The notes under the pieces are model-generated. The model saw only the letters and a program-made list of their open reading frames with translations. It was not told the DNA's origin and searched no databases. From positions 1 to 11,651 of the forward strand of contig JAAOMT010000629.1 in NCBI GenBank assembly GCA_016748015.1: a stretch of 11,651 bases of DNA. The letters run 5' to 3'. This document shows, piece by piece, positions 10,285 to 11,651 of this stretch; position 1 is the stretch's first letter, and every line of letters begins with the position of its first letter. This DNA is from Geosiphon pyriformis uo1. Lineage: Eukaryota > Fungi > Glomeromycota. Both the position numbers and the translations under genes were made by a program.

Positions 10285-10349
10285 TTATTTCTTCTTGTAT
10301 TTTAATTGAAACATTAAAAATTTTCATGCCTGGAATTTGTTAAAGTATA

Positions 10350-11100
10350 TAACATGGTTTTTGTTTTATGTTTTAGCCTATGATGAATAGAAGCCAAAAA
10401 CCCTCATATAATTGTCCTATGAACTTTATTGAGTCTGATAATCAATGAGCTTCTTTTATCTATATTTCGGCTACTCCTAGGTCTTGGGCATAAAAATCTA
10501 AGCTTTAAAAGTTCACTCTCTATTAAAATATAATGTAAGCAATTCTTATTTTTTTATTTCTAGAAAAAGATTCATAGGGTAAACCTATTCAGAATGTATT
10601 GCGTTTGAAATATAAAAATTCTGTAGGCACAAATTTTGAAATTTGGAATCCTATTTAGCCAAAGCTTTAAAAATATTTAACTTTTGATGATTTGAAAAAC
10701 TTCATACTCATCAAAAAAAAATTCTACTTTTGTATTTTCTGACCCAGGTATTATAACGTGCTCGTAATTTGTTTCCTTTTTACAACTGCATGGAATAGAT
10801 TGAAAATTACTGCTCAGGGTTCGAATACTAAAATTGCCAAATTGGGGTCCGAACTCTTTATGACAAAAAGGTCCATTTTTGCTAATAAACTTGCTAAGTT
10901 TGGCATTTTGAGCTTTGCCATCTCCAAGGGAAAAAATAAAATTTCCCTCTCCATCTATCAATTCGCCACGAGAATGCCAAGATTCTGGGTTATAGCCGCC
11001 AATCAATTGACCAGTCCCTTTGACTTTGATTACAGTAACTGTTGCTCCTTTGTTATCACATAACCGATGAAAATCATTTGGTGAGAATCCGTCTCGACTG
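10350..11100 (-). repeat. Inverted repeat arm B (pairs with 1-790; probably extends beyond 11100, where the partner lies outside the window)
   Basis: Reverse complement alignment to the window start, as described for arm A. Confidence 0.92.
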
Positions 11101-11651
11101 CCTCGAAGTAGTAATTTAAATTCATTTTCAAGTTGATCTTCCAAAGGAGTATTTTCGTCTTTGCCTTGAATCCAATGATCAAGCTGTTTTATATTATGCG
11201 ATTGGAGAAGCTTTGAATCAAAATCTGACCGTGAAAACCGTAATGGCTGAGCGTCAACAGATTTTTGATGACTCCCGGGTACTAGATAATGGTGTAAAAG
11301 ATCTTCATATAAGGTTCCAGGTAAAATTCTCGCAAATGGCTTTACTTTATGATAAAAGTCAACTGAAGAGATGTTAAAGAACCGGATTAAAGGTAGAAGT
11401 TCTCCAATAGATTCCTTAAAAGCTTCAAAGTTTTCATCTGTCCAATTAAGAACTTTTTCCAATTGAATCCCATTGCTTAATTTAGCGACTCCCCATTCTA
11501 TAATCTTTTCCCATATTTTACTTTCTTCCATATTTATGTCATCCTGGGATAAAATTGAGCAAAGAGCATTTTTATTAAGGGAGGTAAAATCTTGAGAGTT
11601 AAAGACTGCAGCCGGATTGTTGACAGCTATTTCGGTGCAGAACTTTTGTAA
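10677..11651 (-). CDS. BACK-TLDc protein, probably BTB/POZ-BACK-TLDc (copy B), 5'-truncated by the window edge
   Basis: The frame is open from 11651: LQKFCTEIAVNNPAAVFNSQDFTSLNKNALCSILSQDDINMEESKIWEKIIEWG...LLPLIRFFNISSVDFYHKVKPF is BACK-like. It is followed by TLDc (FKLLLRGSRDGF..FHRLCDNKGATVTVIKV..GGYNP..FIFSL..GPQFG..DEYEVFQI). A BTB domain upstream is inferred from the usual architecture of this family and is not visible here. Confidence 0.93.
   Translation of the reverse strand, partial: LQKFCTEIAVNNPAAVFNSQDFTSLNKNALCSILSQDDINMEESKIWEKIIEWGVAKLSNGIQLEKVLNWTDENFEAFKESIGELLPLIRFFNISSVDFYHKVKPFARILPGTLYEDLLHHYLVPGSHQKSVDAQPLRFSRSDFDSKLLQSHNIKQLDHWIQGKDENTPLEDQLENEFKLLLRGSRDGFSPNDFHRLCDNKGATVTVIKVKGTGQLIGGYNPESWHSRGELIDGEGNFIFSLGDGKAQNAKLSKFISKNGPFCHKEFGPQFGNFSIRTLSSNFQSIPCSCKKETNYEHVIIPGSENTKVEFFFDEYEVFQIIKS

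Noticed and set aside
10365-10480. Possible degraded kinase glycine loop (IKFIG..GF) in the 3' flank of copy B
   Set aside because: It needs several assumed frameshifts and cannot be told from chance by eye.
1-11100. Terminal inverted repeats of a DNA transposon or composite element
   Set aside because: The arms are protein-coding host paralogues that run off the window, no transposase lies between them, and no target-site duplication can be assessed.

Overview
AT-rich eukaryotic (fungal) genomic DNA with spliceosomal introns. The gene content (BACK-TLDc paralogues, a TKL-kinase relic, a PTR2 transporter) looks like Glomeromycotina; that assignment is inference. Both window ends lie in convergently oriented paralogues of a BACK-TLDc gene that form a long inverted repeat (position n pairs with 11101-n across the coding part). 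Identity is stepped: 332 bp with no mismatch, then 8 mismatches in 88 bp at the end of the CDS (5 amino-acid changes), then about 350 bp of gapped, clearly older 3'-flank homology. The roughly 9.5 kb between the arms holds an intact multi-exon POT/PTR2 peptide transporter (- strand), a frameshifted DUF7918-like pseudogene, a candidate small spliced orphan gene, an extremely AT-rich tract and a kinase C-terminal fragment. The most notable feature is this potentially invertible or gene-conversion-homogenised cassette; an assembly artefact has to be excluded first. No RNA genes, CRISPR arrays or recognisable transposase or recombinase were found.
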